From Myxococcota bacterium (GTDB lineage: Bacteria; Myxococcota_A; SURF-8), in contig OZ223209.1 of assembly GCA_965140415.1 (NCBI GenBank), positions 3,776,001 to 3,840,000 of the forward strand: a stretch of DNA of 64,000 bases, read 5' to 3'. A program made the position numbers and the translations under genes. Positions 29,481 to 37,959 of the stretch are shown one piece after another. Under the pieces are notes generated by a model. That model was not told where the DNA came from. It made no database searches and was given only the letters and a program-made list of their open reading frames with translations. Position 1 is the first letter of the stretch. Each line of letters starts with the position of its first letter.

Positions 29481-32114
29481 ATGAAAAGTATTTTCATAAT
29501 TTCTTTCGTACTCTTAACTCTAACCGGATGCAGCTCATCATTATCAACATCCTCACATTATTCAGATGGAGATGAATGTTCTACAGGCTCACTCGGTTGC
29601 CCCTGTTACGGTAACGGCACCTGTGATAATGACCTCTCCTGCGTGGACGACACTTGTGTAGATCCGACAAACCTTGATGGTGATCTGGATTATGATCATG
29701 AATCCTATGCCGATGCTGAGAATGTATTAGACAGTGATACCGATAATCTACTGTGTGTGAGTGGAGAATGTTGTCAAGACGGCCTCCCTGTACCAACTGG
29801 TGAACCCTGTCTTACCGGGCAGGATTCATTAGATTGTACCGATGATGTTTGCAATGCCAATCATGCCTGTGTTCACAACCTGCAAGAAGGAAAATGTCTG
29901 ATTCAAAATATCTGTTATGACTCCAACGAGGATAATCCATCGACCTTCTGTCAATTCTGTGACCCATTGACTAATCAACACGAATGGCAGAATAAACAGA
30001 ATTATCTATCCTGCGATGATGAGGATCCATGCTCTACAGACAGTGAATGTCAGGACGGAATCTGCACGGGTATGGCATGGGTGGAGAATGATTGTTCTGA
30101 ATACATGGAATGCGGAACTAGCCCTAGTGGCTGTTATAACTGCGGAACTTGCGATGTGGAAACACAGATTTGTTGGGAGTGTGATTCAAGCATTCAGTCA
30201 TGCTGGCCGGGTGAAGGTATTGACACCAAAATCTGTGCACCTGACAAAGGAGGATCGTGTGGAGATATGAGCGGACTACAGGCGGGAAGTCCCTGGCCGA
30301 TGTTTGGAGGGTGCCCTACTCATCAGGGTCGGAGTAATTATGCAGGACCCCAAACGCCAGTGTTAAAATGGAAACGTCAGACGGAAGAAAGATTCTACAC
30401 AACTCCGATCCTTTCAAAGGAAGGTTATCTTTATGCAGGCAACTGGGGATACTCCATCTATTCATTATGGCCAAATGGCGCGATTCGCTGGAAAAACGTA
30501 GCTGGTCATTATGTTTCTTCTGTTGGCATGATCGGCATAAATGGGGATGTCTATTTCAATTCTTACGATGGAAATGATGCTATTTTCTCTTTCGATAGTT
30601 ATGGGAAAGAAAACTGGCGGCATCCGATGTCAGGTAAAATTCACCCATGGGGATTGACGATGCTCGATGGAGAGTATCTTCTCTATGGTGCGAATGCAGG
30701 GGTCGTTGCTGCCATTAGGTTAGATACTGGTGAGCAGGAATGGATGTTTGAAACAGGCGCAAGAGTGTTCTCCGTCGTTACGGATGCTCTTGATAATGTG
30801 TATTTCACCTCGAATGGAATATTGTATTGCCTCGATTCTGGGGGAAATCTTCTTTGGAACACGAATGATACGTTTGATTTTGAAGGCAATCCAGCTGTTG
30901 GAAAAGATGGAACCATCTATATCACGGGGGCGGAAAATGCCGGGATGTACGCAATTGATCAAGGGGGAACAGTAAAATGGACTTATTCGAGCAGCAGCTA
31001 TTCAAACAAACCGGCAATTGGGGATGACGGGACGATCTATTACGGGACTCGAAAGGTTGATGATTCAATTGAAGGAAAACTCTATGCCTTGTACCCAGAT
31101 GGCACTTTACGGTGGATATTCGATCTTGATGGTGACACGCGCTCAACTCCAACAATAGATGTCGAGGGTACCGTATATATAGGAAGCGGTACTGGTCGTC
31201 TCTACGCGGTTAATCCAGATGGTACTGAGAAATGGACATACGATACAGGTGCCGAAGTTCACGGAACAGTTGCAATCGACACAGAAGGAACGGTCTATTT
31301 CGGGTCATTGGATTGGTATCTCTATGCCCTCCAAGACGGTTGCACTCCCAACGAATCATGGTGTGGTGCGGACAACCTCTATACCTGTAACGAAACCGGG
31401 GATGGCTTGGCTGGCGATCCGGTAGATTGTCCCGGTGGATGCAACTGGGGAAGTTGCATGGATAAAGGGTCTATGCTTTCAGAAATTCGATATCACGGAG
31501 CAAGCATTCCCGTTTCCGATTCCATTGGATTTGACAGTCTGAATTTGACGATAGAATTTTGGCTGAAAACCGGATACCCCAAAACAATTCTTTACAAGGG
31601 CGAATATTTCAGAGACTCAACCAATTACACGGTTCGATTGCTAGATTGTGCCGATGATGATTCTTGTAATCTATTCTTTGGGATGCGTTACGAAGGGGTT
31701 GACTATTCATGGAGGGCACCGGTAGAAAAAGACCAAACGGTCTGGAGACATTTTGCTGTTGTGGCTGACAATGAAAGTCAGAGTCTGAAAATGTTTATGA
31801 ATGGTAGTGAGCTTACATTAACCGAGTTTCCTGAAAACTGGCCAGCAGGTATGCTTCGAACAAACGAGGCACTAAAGATAAATATGCTGGAAGGAATTTA
31901 CTATATCGACGAACTCCGTATTTCCGATGTCCCACGCTATTCAGAGAATTTCATTCCACCCCTACGTCATGTACCGGATGGCAATACCCAATTGCTACTT
32001 CACTTTGATGAGGGCACGGGGGATGTAGTCCACGATTCTTCTCCCTATGAGAACCACGGAGAATTGACAGGCAGTGCTTCTTGGTCGGAGGATGTACCGG
32101 GTGGTACGAGATGA
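29481..32114 (+). CDS. Cys-rich lipoprotein with PQQ-like beta-propeller and C-terminal LamG-like domain
   Basis: Lipobox LTGC; SPWPMFGG..H.GRS; repeated PAIGxDGTIY/LYAxxPDGTxKW; IEFWLK, WRHFAVV, IDELRISD. Confidence 0.88.
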   Translation: MKSIFIISFVLLTLTGCSSSLSTSSHYSDGDECSTGSLGCPCYGNGTCDNDLSCVDDTCVDPTNLDGDLDYDHESYADAENVLDSDTDNLLCVSGECCQDGLPVPTGEPCLTGQDSLDCTDDVCNANHACVHNLQEGKCLIQNICYDSNEDNPSTFCQFCDPLTNQHEWQNKQNYLSCDDEDPCSTDSECQDGICTGMAWVENDCSEYMECGTSPSGCYNCGTCDVETQICWECDSSIQSCWPGEGIDTKICAPDKGGSCGDMSGLQAGSPWPMFGGCPTHQGRSNYAGPQTPVLKWKRQTEERFYTTPILSKEGYLYAGNWGYSIYSLWPNGAIRWKNVAGHYVSSVGMIGINGDVYFNSYDGNDAIFSFDSYGKENWRHPMSGKIHPWGLTMLDGEYLLYGANAGVVAAIRLDTGEQEWMFETGARVFSVVTDALDNVYFTSNGILYCLDSGGNLLWNTNDTFDFEGNPAVGKDGTIYITGAENAGMYAIDQGGTVKWTYSSSSYSNKPAIGDDGTIYYGTRKVDDSIEGKLYALYPDGTLRWIFDLDGDTRSTPTIDVEGTVYIGSGTGRLYAVNPDGTEKWTYDTGAEVHGTVAIDTEGTVYFGSLDWYLYALQDGCTPNESWCGADNLYTCNETGDGLAGDPVDCPGGCNWGSCMDKGSMLSEIRYHGASIPVSDSIGFDSLNLTIEFWLKTGYPKTILYKGEYFRDSTNYTVRLLDCADDDSCNLFFGMRYEGVDYSWRAPVEKDQTVWRHFAVVADNESQSLKMFMNGSELTLTEFPENWPAGMLRTNEALKINMLEGIYYIDELRISDVPRYSENFIPPLRHVPDGNTQLLLHFDEGTGDVVHDSSPYENHGELTGSASWSEDVPGGTR

Positions 32115-32265
32115 AATCAGATGCCGCCCTGTTAAAAATCAAAATCCTGAGTTGCGTACAATCCTTGGAACCCGCAACTCAGCTACCAAGTATCAGATAC
32201 TTACATCCCCAGATCATGCCCATAGGCGTAGGATGAGTTGCGTCTTTCACATTCTTACTTGAAAT

Positions 32266-32883
32266 CTAACAGGTGATGGACTGTACAGCAGTCAGAATGT
32301 CATCGGTCGTAGGATGCGTATAGATCGCCGTTGTCGAGGGAGAGGAATGTCGAACAGCGCTTTGTACGAGGCGTAGGTCCCCCGTGTGACGCCAGAGGCT
32401 GGTTGCGTAGGTGTGTCTGAGGGCATGGAAATTATGAATCCGGTCAAAACCACATCTCTTCTGCCATCTATGAAACATATGCTGAACTGTTCTCACCGAC
32501 AATCGACCACCGGCTTGTTTTCTGCTATGACCACCACCTCTTGAAATGAATAGAGGGGCATTAGCTTCAAGACTCTCACCGATGGTTCTCTTGTAAGAAA
32601 TAAATCGAGAAACTTTCCTTCGTAGTTTGTCTGGCAGGGCAATCACACCGCCCTTACATCCCTTAGTAGTTTCAGGCCTCAATTGCCAGATACCCCGGAC
32701 GCCCTTCCCGTTAAGCACATCCCCTATGTTGAGACCTACGATCTCACTCACCCGTAATCCACAGCCAAGGGCAATCGAGATAATGATATGATCCCTCAGA
32801 TCTCCCTCTGAGCGGCCTGTGGCCTGCAAGAGAGCCTTTACCTCAGCCTCAGTAAGCGTCTGTGGGGTTTGGGTATGTCTCAT
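32266..32883 (-). CDS. Tyrosine recombinase, catalytic domain only (205 aa)
   Basis: GLRVSE (R), TTKG (K), HALRH, RHSS, TTAIY (catalytic Y). Confidence 0.93.
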   Translation of the reverse strand: MRHTQTPQTLTEAEVKALLQATGRSEGDLRDHIIISIALGCGLRVSEIVGLNIGDVLNGKGVRGIWQLRPETTKGCKGGVIALPDKLRRKVSRFISYKRTIGESLEANAPLFISRGGGHSRKQAGGRLSVRTVQHMFHRWQKRCGFDRIHNFHALRHTYATSLWRHTGDLRLVQSAVRHSSPSTTAIYTHPTTDDILTAVQSITC

Positions 32884-33119
32884 GCTTGGAACCTTTCATA
32901 TAATACCTCTATATATAGTTACACCAATGGGCTCACAGTTTAAAGTATTAATTTGAAGTCATTTCTTCTCAAATCCAGGAAACCGCAAGCTTAACCCAAC
33001 GGGCAGGGACCCGGTACCGTGAGATGGATATTGAAAACGCAAGAAAACTGGCAGCCTCGATTTTAAAAAGGTCCTCACCATCGGTAGGATGTTTATCAAA
33101 ACTCCTTAATAGGAGGTGA

Positions 33120-33443
33120 ATGATGTCAGAATACCGCAGCATAAAGAGTCAGGATAAATTGGACAGGATCATGAAAGATCTGTTTGGATTCATTCGGGAG
33201 GAACCCGATGAGGAATTCCGCCAGAATCTCGTATCGTGGATTATTCGGAAATTAGCATTTGCATTTGGAATAGAACTTAAATTTCAGCCGGAATTGGATA
33301 TCGATAAATTAAACAACCACCTTCGATTTGCGTACTGGAAATTTAGGGAACTCAAGGACGATCCCAAATACAGGGACAGGGCATTCTATTTATTGAATGA
33401 ATTTCTCGACGATCTACTTAAATTCCCTTCGAAAACCAAATGA
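33120..33443 (+). CDS. Small all-alpha hypothetical protein, paralog A
   Basis: Strong RBS AGGAGGT; colinear similarity to 34292-34609. Confidence 0.8.
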   Translation: MMSEYRSIKSQDKLDRIMKDLFGFIREEPDEEFRQNLVSWIIRKLAFAFGIELKFQPELDIDKLNNHLRFAYWKFRELKDDPKYRDRAFYLLNEFLDDLLKFPSKTK

Positions 33444-33444
33444 A

Positions 33445-33616
33445 TAACCTCCATACTCGCCCTGTGGGCCTCGATAAGATCCTTATAGGTGCCTTTCACT
33501 GTCCATCCTCTCTGTTTTGCCACCTGTTCCAATTCCGTAACCTGCATTGATACGTCTTGATGGCCGGTACTGACACGGGCGTAGAGGGCAATTTTTTTAG
33601 GGGCACCAGTTTTCAT
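33445..33616 (-). pseudogene. Truncated serine resolvase N-terminal fragment
   Basis: KIALYARVSTGHQDVSMQVTELEQVAKQRGWTVKGTYKD, then similarity is lost; RBS CAGGAGG. Confidence 0.8.
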
Positions 33617-33707
33617 TGTTTTATCCTCCTGAAATTAACTCCTATTATGTCTACACAGGATTTGGGATAGTTAAAAAGATGGCGACCCCTGGATTTGGCT
33701 CTATACT

Positions 33708-34040
33708 TATCTCCTGGCTTTTATTAGGACTGGATTTCAACGACATGATGACGGCGAAAGTCGAATCATATTCTCCTGGCACTTATCAGGAGGGGATTAC
33801 AACGATGTGGAGGGTGTAAAGCGTCACCATGAGTTCTACCGGGATGTCAGGAGTGGATTACAACGAAATAGAAAAAGCCGTTTCAAGCGGATAAGTCAAT
33901 TACCACGACTTGGATTATGTTCAATTGCCCGCTCACCGGCATTCTCCTGGCACCCGGTAGAACTGGAATTCTGCCACAAAATATTTCTTCCTGTAGCAGC
34001 TACTTTACTCCTGCGTCATTGCAGGAGGGGATTACAACGA
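33708..34040 (+). repeat. Degenerate CRISPR-like mini-array: ~6 units of ~34 bp (consensus ~TTCTCCTG-N8-CAGGAGGGGATTACAAC) separated by unique 18-30 bp spacers
   Basis: Units at 33708-41, 33770-803, 33831-64, ~33890-922 (degenerate), 33941-74 (degenerate) and 34005-38; CAGGAG(G/T)GGATTACAACGA occurs three times. Confidence 0.65.
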
Positions 34041-34076
34041 GTTAGATATGAAAACTTTAACGGCCAGAAAATCATA

Positions 34077-34111
34077 GAAAGCCCGGATGAATACTCCGGG
34101 CTTTCGCTTTT
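34077..34111 (+). terminator. Rho-independent terminator-like hairpin closing the mini-array
   Basis: GAAAGCCCGGA-7nt-TCCGGGCTTTC followed by GCTTTT. Confidence 0.7.
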
Positions 34112-34291
34112 AAGAGGGTGCTAGATTGAGGTTCGATCAGGGGCACCAAAACCGATTGAAAGACTTTTCGGGCGGGGAACCTTGTCGAAAATTCCCCTGT
34201 CCGGTCTCCACCAATTTTTTCAGCCTCAAATCCGAAACGGTCTTCACAATCGGTAGAATGGCTATCAGAACACCTTGTTAGGAGGTAAGAT

Positions 34292-34609
34292 ATGCCTATA
34301 CACCGCAGCCATGAGGAGCAAGCCAAGCTAGACAGTATCCTAGCAGAGCTTTTCCAATTTATTATGAGCGAGCCAGATAAAAGCCGCTATAGTTTTGTGT
34401 CTTGGTTAATCAAAGAGATCGCGTTCCAGTTCGGATTGGATGTGAAAGTCCTTCCGGAGCTTGATTCGGACAAAGTGTATACCCACCTCCGCTATGCCTT
34501 ATGGGGATTCGAGGAACTTTGCAAAGATTCGGCTCAGCAGGTCAAAGCATTCGAGCTAATCCATGAGTTCCTGCATGACCTCCTATGGCATTTAGCAAAG
34601 AATCGGTAA
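34292..34609 (+). CDS. Small all-alpha hypothetical protein, paralog B
   Basis: RBS AGGAGGT; KLDSILAELFQFI..EPD..VSWLIKEIAFQFG..PELD.DK..HLRYA aligns with paralog A. Confidence 0.8.
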   Translation: MPIHRSHEEQAKLDSILAELFQFIMSEPDKSRYSFVSWLIKEIAFQFGLDVKVLPELDSDKVYTHLRYALWGFEELCKDSAQQVKAFELIHEFLHDLLWHLAKNR

Positions 34610-34855
34610 AATGCGGTTTCCATACTTTCGTTTTGCGGATTCGATCTGATATTAATACTTTTTTCCATAATGGTTAACTCTATCCTAGCCAACCAGTATC
34701 CATTTCCCCCAATGTTTCCCTTCACTTCTTCATCTTTAAACGGTATAGGGCTCATCGATTACCTAAATGCTCTTTCTTGAAATAGGGTATTAATAATGAA
34801 TAGAAGCACTGCCCATCTGGCAGTTTTTGAAAACATTAATGAGGTGTCATCACCG

Positions 34856-35041
34856 AGCCTGTCCTTGAATGCCCGGTCATTGCATAGATCGGGAAGGCCT
34901 TACGTGGGCCGAGCCTCGCTCAGGACCAAGCCCGATAATCCTGAGCGGGGTGACCAGCTCCTTATAAGCGGTGAACAGGCTGACAACCTCCTACTGGATC
35001 GGAATGGCCTGCTATGGCGATCCCGGTCGTGGGAGTCTGTC
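34856..35041 (+). ncRNA. Putative structured leader RNA upstream of the recombinase operon
   Basis: Closing stem 34856-62/34975-81 encloses four hairpins including the 13-bp 34913-25/34939-51; the next hairpin 34982-35041 pairs with the GGGAG RBS. Confidence 0.55.
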
Positions 35042-35227
35042 ATGGCGAAAATAGTTTATCAAAAGCAAGCCGAATCTGAGAAAGAGTTTGAGGTTGAGTG
35101 GTTTGAAAGCGTTGCTGAGGATCTAGCTCCGATTGAGTGCCTATCTGATCTTCCCTTTCATCCTGAAATTATCAAGTTTCTAGCCTCCATGGTTGCCGAA
35201 GGCCTTGATTCGAGAGATTCACGATGA
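35042..35227 (+). CDS. Small acidic protein translationally coupled to the serine recombinase
   Basis: GGGAG 6 nt before ATG 35042; the stop overlaps the recombinase start (ATGA). Confidence 0.6.
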   Translation: MAKIVYQKQAESEKEFEVEWFESVAEDLAPIECLSDLPFHPEIIKFLASMVAEGLDSRDSR

Positions 35228-37308
35228 CAGGGACTTCCGCAAAATATACCGCCTTTTACGCTCGAAGAACCCGTGAGGATCCGGAGAATGAATCCTCTTC
35301 AGTGGAAAATCAGTGTTCACGTTTCAAGGAATTACAGGCAAAGCAAGGATGGGCAGGACGGATATTTGCAGAAAAGGGCCGCCATCGAAGTGGTGAATGG
35401 TCAACCGATAAGCGTCCCGCTTTAAAAGACCTTCTTGATGAAATTAAGAAAGGAAACGTTGAGCGGCTTGTGGTGCGTGATCTTGATCGGCTCGGGCGTG
35501 GACCTATCTTAATGCTAATCTGCGAAGATCTAGCAAAAGCAAATGTAGAACTATGGGATTTCTCAGGCAATGTAGAATACCGGACAGCCGCCGGTGAATT
35601 AGGATTGGCCGTACAAGCATCGGTAGGCCGTTTTGAAGTCCGCAGAACCGGTGAACGTATCAGGGAATCCAAACGGGCTTATTGGAAAAAAGGAATCCAT
35701 ATTGGTCCCGCTCCATTTGGATACACATCTCAGTCCCGCATATACCGGGAACTTGTTGAGCAGGGTGTCAATAAAGCTGAGGCCAAAGCCAAAGCTCACC
35801 AAGAGATGCCTGAGGCTCCCGGCATTCGTATAGAACCAGACGAGGCAAGGGTCGTTCGAATGATCTTCGAAATGTATGTCAACGAGGAACTGGGTACAAA
35901 ACGGGTAGCTCAGAACCTGAATTCACGAGGTTTACTGAAACGGGGCCGAAACTGGACCCAGCAAGCTGTCCGGAAAATCTTGGTTGACCCGAAGATGGCT
36001 GGCTGGGCTACGTTCGATGATGAGTCCTATCAGGCCAGGCAACGGAATTGTCAGAAACCGATCCATAAACAACAGCGTCTGGATGCAGCCCATGAGGCAA
36101 TCGTTGACCGGAACATATGGCAAAGGGCTCAAAGAACTTTGGAGGACCGAGGTAAGCAGGTTCACGCCAACAGGTCCAAAGGTCGGATATATCCCCTGAC
36201 CGGTGCTATCCAATGCATCAACGGACACAGAATGAAAGGAAAAGCCTCTGGCAGCGGCAAATTGGCGTACTATACCTGCCACAAGCGGTCAGATGTCGGT
36301 TCCGATCCCGATTCCGGCGGCTGCAACGCTCATAGAATCAATGTCAACAGGGCTGAGTCAGCCGTTCTGGAAGTGCTGGACCAGATCTTATCGTCACCCG
36401 AAAAGGTGGTTGAGGTCTACGAGGCCACCAAAAGAAGGATGCAGAAAGAAGCCCCCGTCAGGAAACGTGAATTGGCTGCACTGGACCGGAAAGTTGCGCG
36501 ACTTGAAAAAGAACGGGAAGGAGTGTTCCAGGCTTTTCGTAATCCCGACCTGTCTCCTGATCAACACACGGTCATTGCTGATAGGGTGGCCGAGTTGAAC
36601 CTGAAGATACGGGATATGCAGGATAAGCGGACACAATTGGAATCCAAGGTTGTCCTGATCAGGGTTCCGAAAATGAATTATCATGATGTGGCCGCTTATA
36701 TGAACGCCATCAAAAAAGAGTTGGAAGCCAGCCCGAGGCGTTTTAAGAAGTTGATCACGTTACTGCGACATCACCACGATCTGAAGATCACCGTTCTCGA
36801 TTCATACAGAGTAAGGGTTTCCATGAATTTCTCACCTGAAGGTATGGATGCCAAAACCATCACCGCTAAAGTCCAGCCTTCGTTTCCATTCACCATCGAA
36901 GAGGAAGGTGGGGCAAGGCCGCTGACGAATGAGGAATGGGCTGCTCGGGAGAACGAAAAGGGCCATTATTGCCAGTGTGGATGTGGACAAAAAATTACGG
37001 TTTTACCGAGGCATAGAGCTTCAACTGTTGGGATTCCGAAATTCATCCGCGGCAGCGGACATTGGAAATGTGACATGACCGGTTTTGTGGAACAACTGAA
37101 CCGGGAAGGCTATTTGACCATCGGCCAAGTAGCAAAAGAACTGGGTATCGGGGAAACCACTCTCAGAAGGTATGAGAAACGGGGGGTGATCATGCCTGAA
37201 TACCGAGAATGGGGGAAACGTTGGCCTATGAGGGTGTACGGAAAAGAGGACTTGGGCAAGCTGAAAAAGGCAATGGAGAAGGCGGGGTTCAGGTATTCAA
37301 CACCCTGA
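35224..37308 (+). CDS. Large serine recombinase with extra C-terminal CxCGCG module and MerR-type HTH
   Basis: YARRT..S..NQ, RPAL..LL, RDLDRLGR, APFGY, recombinase domain, zinc ribbon (C..GHRM..YYTC..C), coiled coil, CQCGCG, LTIGQVAKELGIGETTLRRYEKRG. Confidence 0.93.
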   Translation: MTGTSAKYTAFYARRTREDPENESSSVENQCSRFKELQAKQGWAGRIFAEKGRHRSGEWSTDKRPALKDLLDEIKKGNVERLVVRDLDRLGRGPILMLICEDLAKANVELWDFSGNVEYRTAAGELGLAVQASVGRFEVRRTGERIRESKRAYWKKGIHIGPAPFGYTSQSRIYRELVEQGVNKAEAKAKAHQEMPEAPGIRIEPDEARVVRMIFEMYVNEELGTKRVAQNLNSRGLLKRGRNWTQQAVRKILVDPKMAGWATFDDESYQARQRNCQKPIHKQQRLDAAHEAIVDRNIWQRAQRTLEDRGKQVHANRSKGRIYPLTGAIQCINGHRMKGKASGSGKLAYYTCHKRSDVGSDPDSGGCNAHRINVNRAESAVLEVLDQILSSPEKVVEVYEATKRRMQKEAPVRKRELAALDRKVARLEKEREGVFQAFRNPDLSPDQHTVIADRVAELNLKIRDMQDKRTQLESKVVLIRVPKMNYHDVAAYMNAIKKELEASPRRFKKLITLLRHHHDLKITVLDSYRVRVSMNFSPEGMDAKTITAKVQPSFPFTIEEEGGARPLTNEEWAARENEKGHYCQCGCGQKITVLPRHRASTVGIPKFIRGSGHWKCDMTGFVEQLNREGYLTIGQVAKELGIGETTLRRYEKRGVIMPEYREWGKRWPMRVYGKEDLGKLKKAMEKAGFRYSTP

Positions 37309-37310
37309 TA

Positions 37311-37784
37311 TCACAACGCGAGATTCATATCTATAGGTATTCCCGCAGCTTTAATTTCTCTTGCCAATTGAAGTTTCCATGCCCCGCTATTATCCAACTG
37401 AATATATAAAACCCCACTATAGTCAGAGGGGATTTCAACATTTTCCTCATATAGGGCACAAACTCGTTTTCTTCCCAACCTACCGATAAAATATCCGAGT
37501 TCGAATGTTACGTTTTGTCTTGCGCTAGAAGAAATAGAATCATCATCTGCACTTACTGGTTTACCAATATCATCTGCTGTAAGAAGCACCACTGCAAATC
37601 CAAACGCCTTTTCGAGATAGTTCTTTGTGAGTAAATCCCACTGTGAAATATCATCGCTATCTATCGGTCTACTTCGAAGTAGGGCATTTCCTTTGTCAAT
37701 TTGTTGTCTAATCAGCTCGATACCTTTTTCTGGTGGAACTTGTGGAGAACCCGTTACCAAAGGAGCCTTACTTTTCTTTGTCAT
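37311..37784 (-). pseudogene. TIR-like nucleotide-binding protein (Pycsar/CBASS-effector-type TIR) with apparent in-frame internal deletion
   Basis: C-terminal FAVVLLTADD..ARQNVTFELGYFIGRLGR..EIPSDYSGV is intact, but the usual VFIVHG...TIIEK segment is absent. Confidence 0.65.
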
Positions 37785-37959
37785 TGTTAATCCTCAACTG
37801 TTTGTTGGGTCTTAAACTCAGCCCACACCGGGTAATGATCAGACACTTTAGCCGGAGCGCAATCCATTTCAAACCCACTACTGAAATTCAGCATCCTAGT
37901 GCATCATGAAAAATAATAAGGGGTGTCCGCCAAACATAGGCAGGATCAGACCAATGCCA

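Noticed and set aside
29481-32883. Integron (tyrosine recombinase next to a cargo gene)
   Set aside because: The recombinase is too short and lacks the IntI-specific insertion, the orientation is convergent, and no attC series is seen.
33616-34124. ORFs 33616-33819 and 33807-34124
   Set aside because: They overlap the repeat array and terminator and have no protein-like features.
34796-35041. N-terminal 82 aa of the 143-aa ORF 34796-35227
   Set aside because: It overlaps a heavily base-paired region and has no clear RBS; the better start with GGGAG is at 35042.
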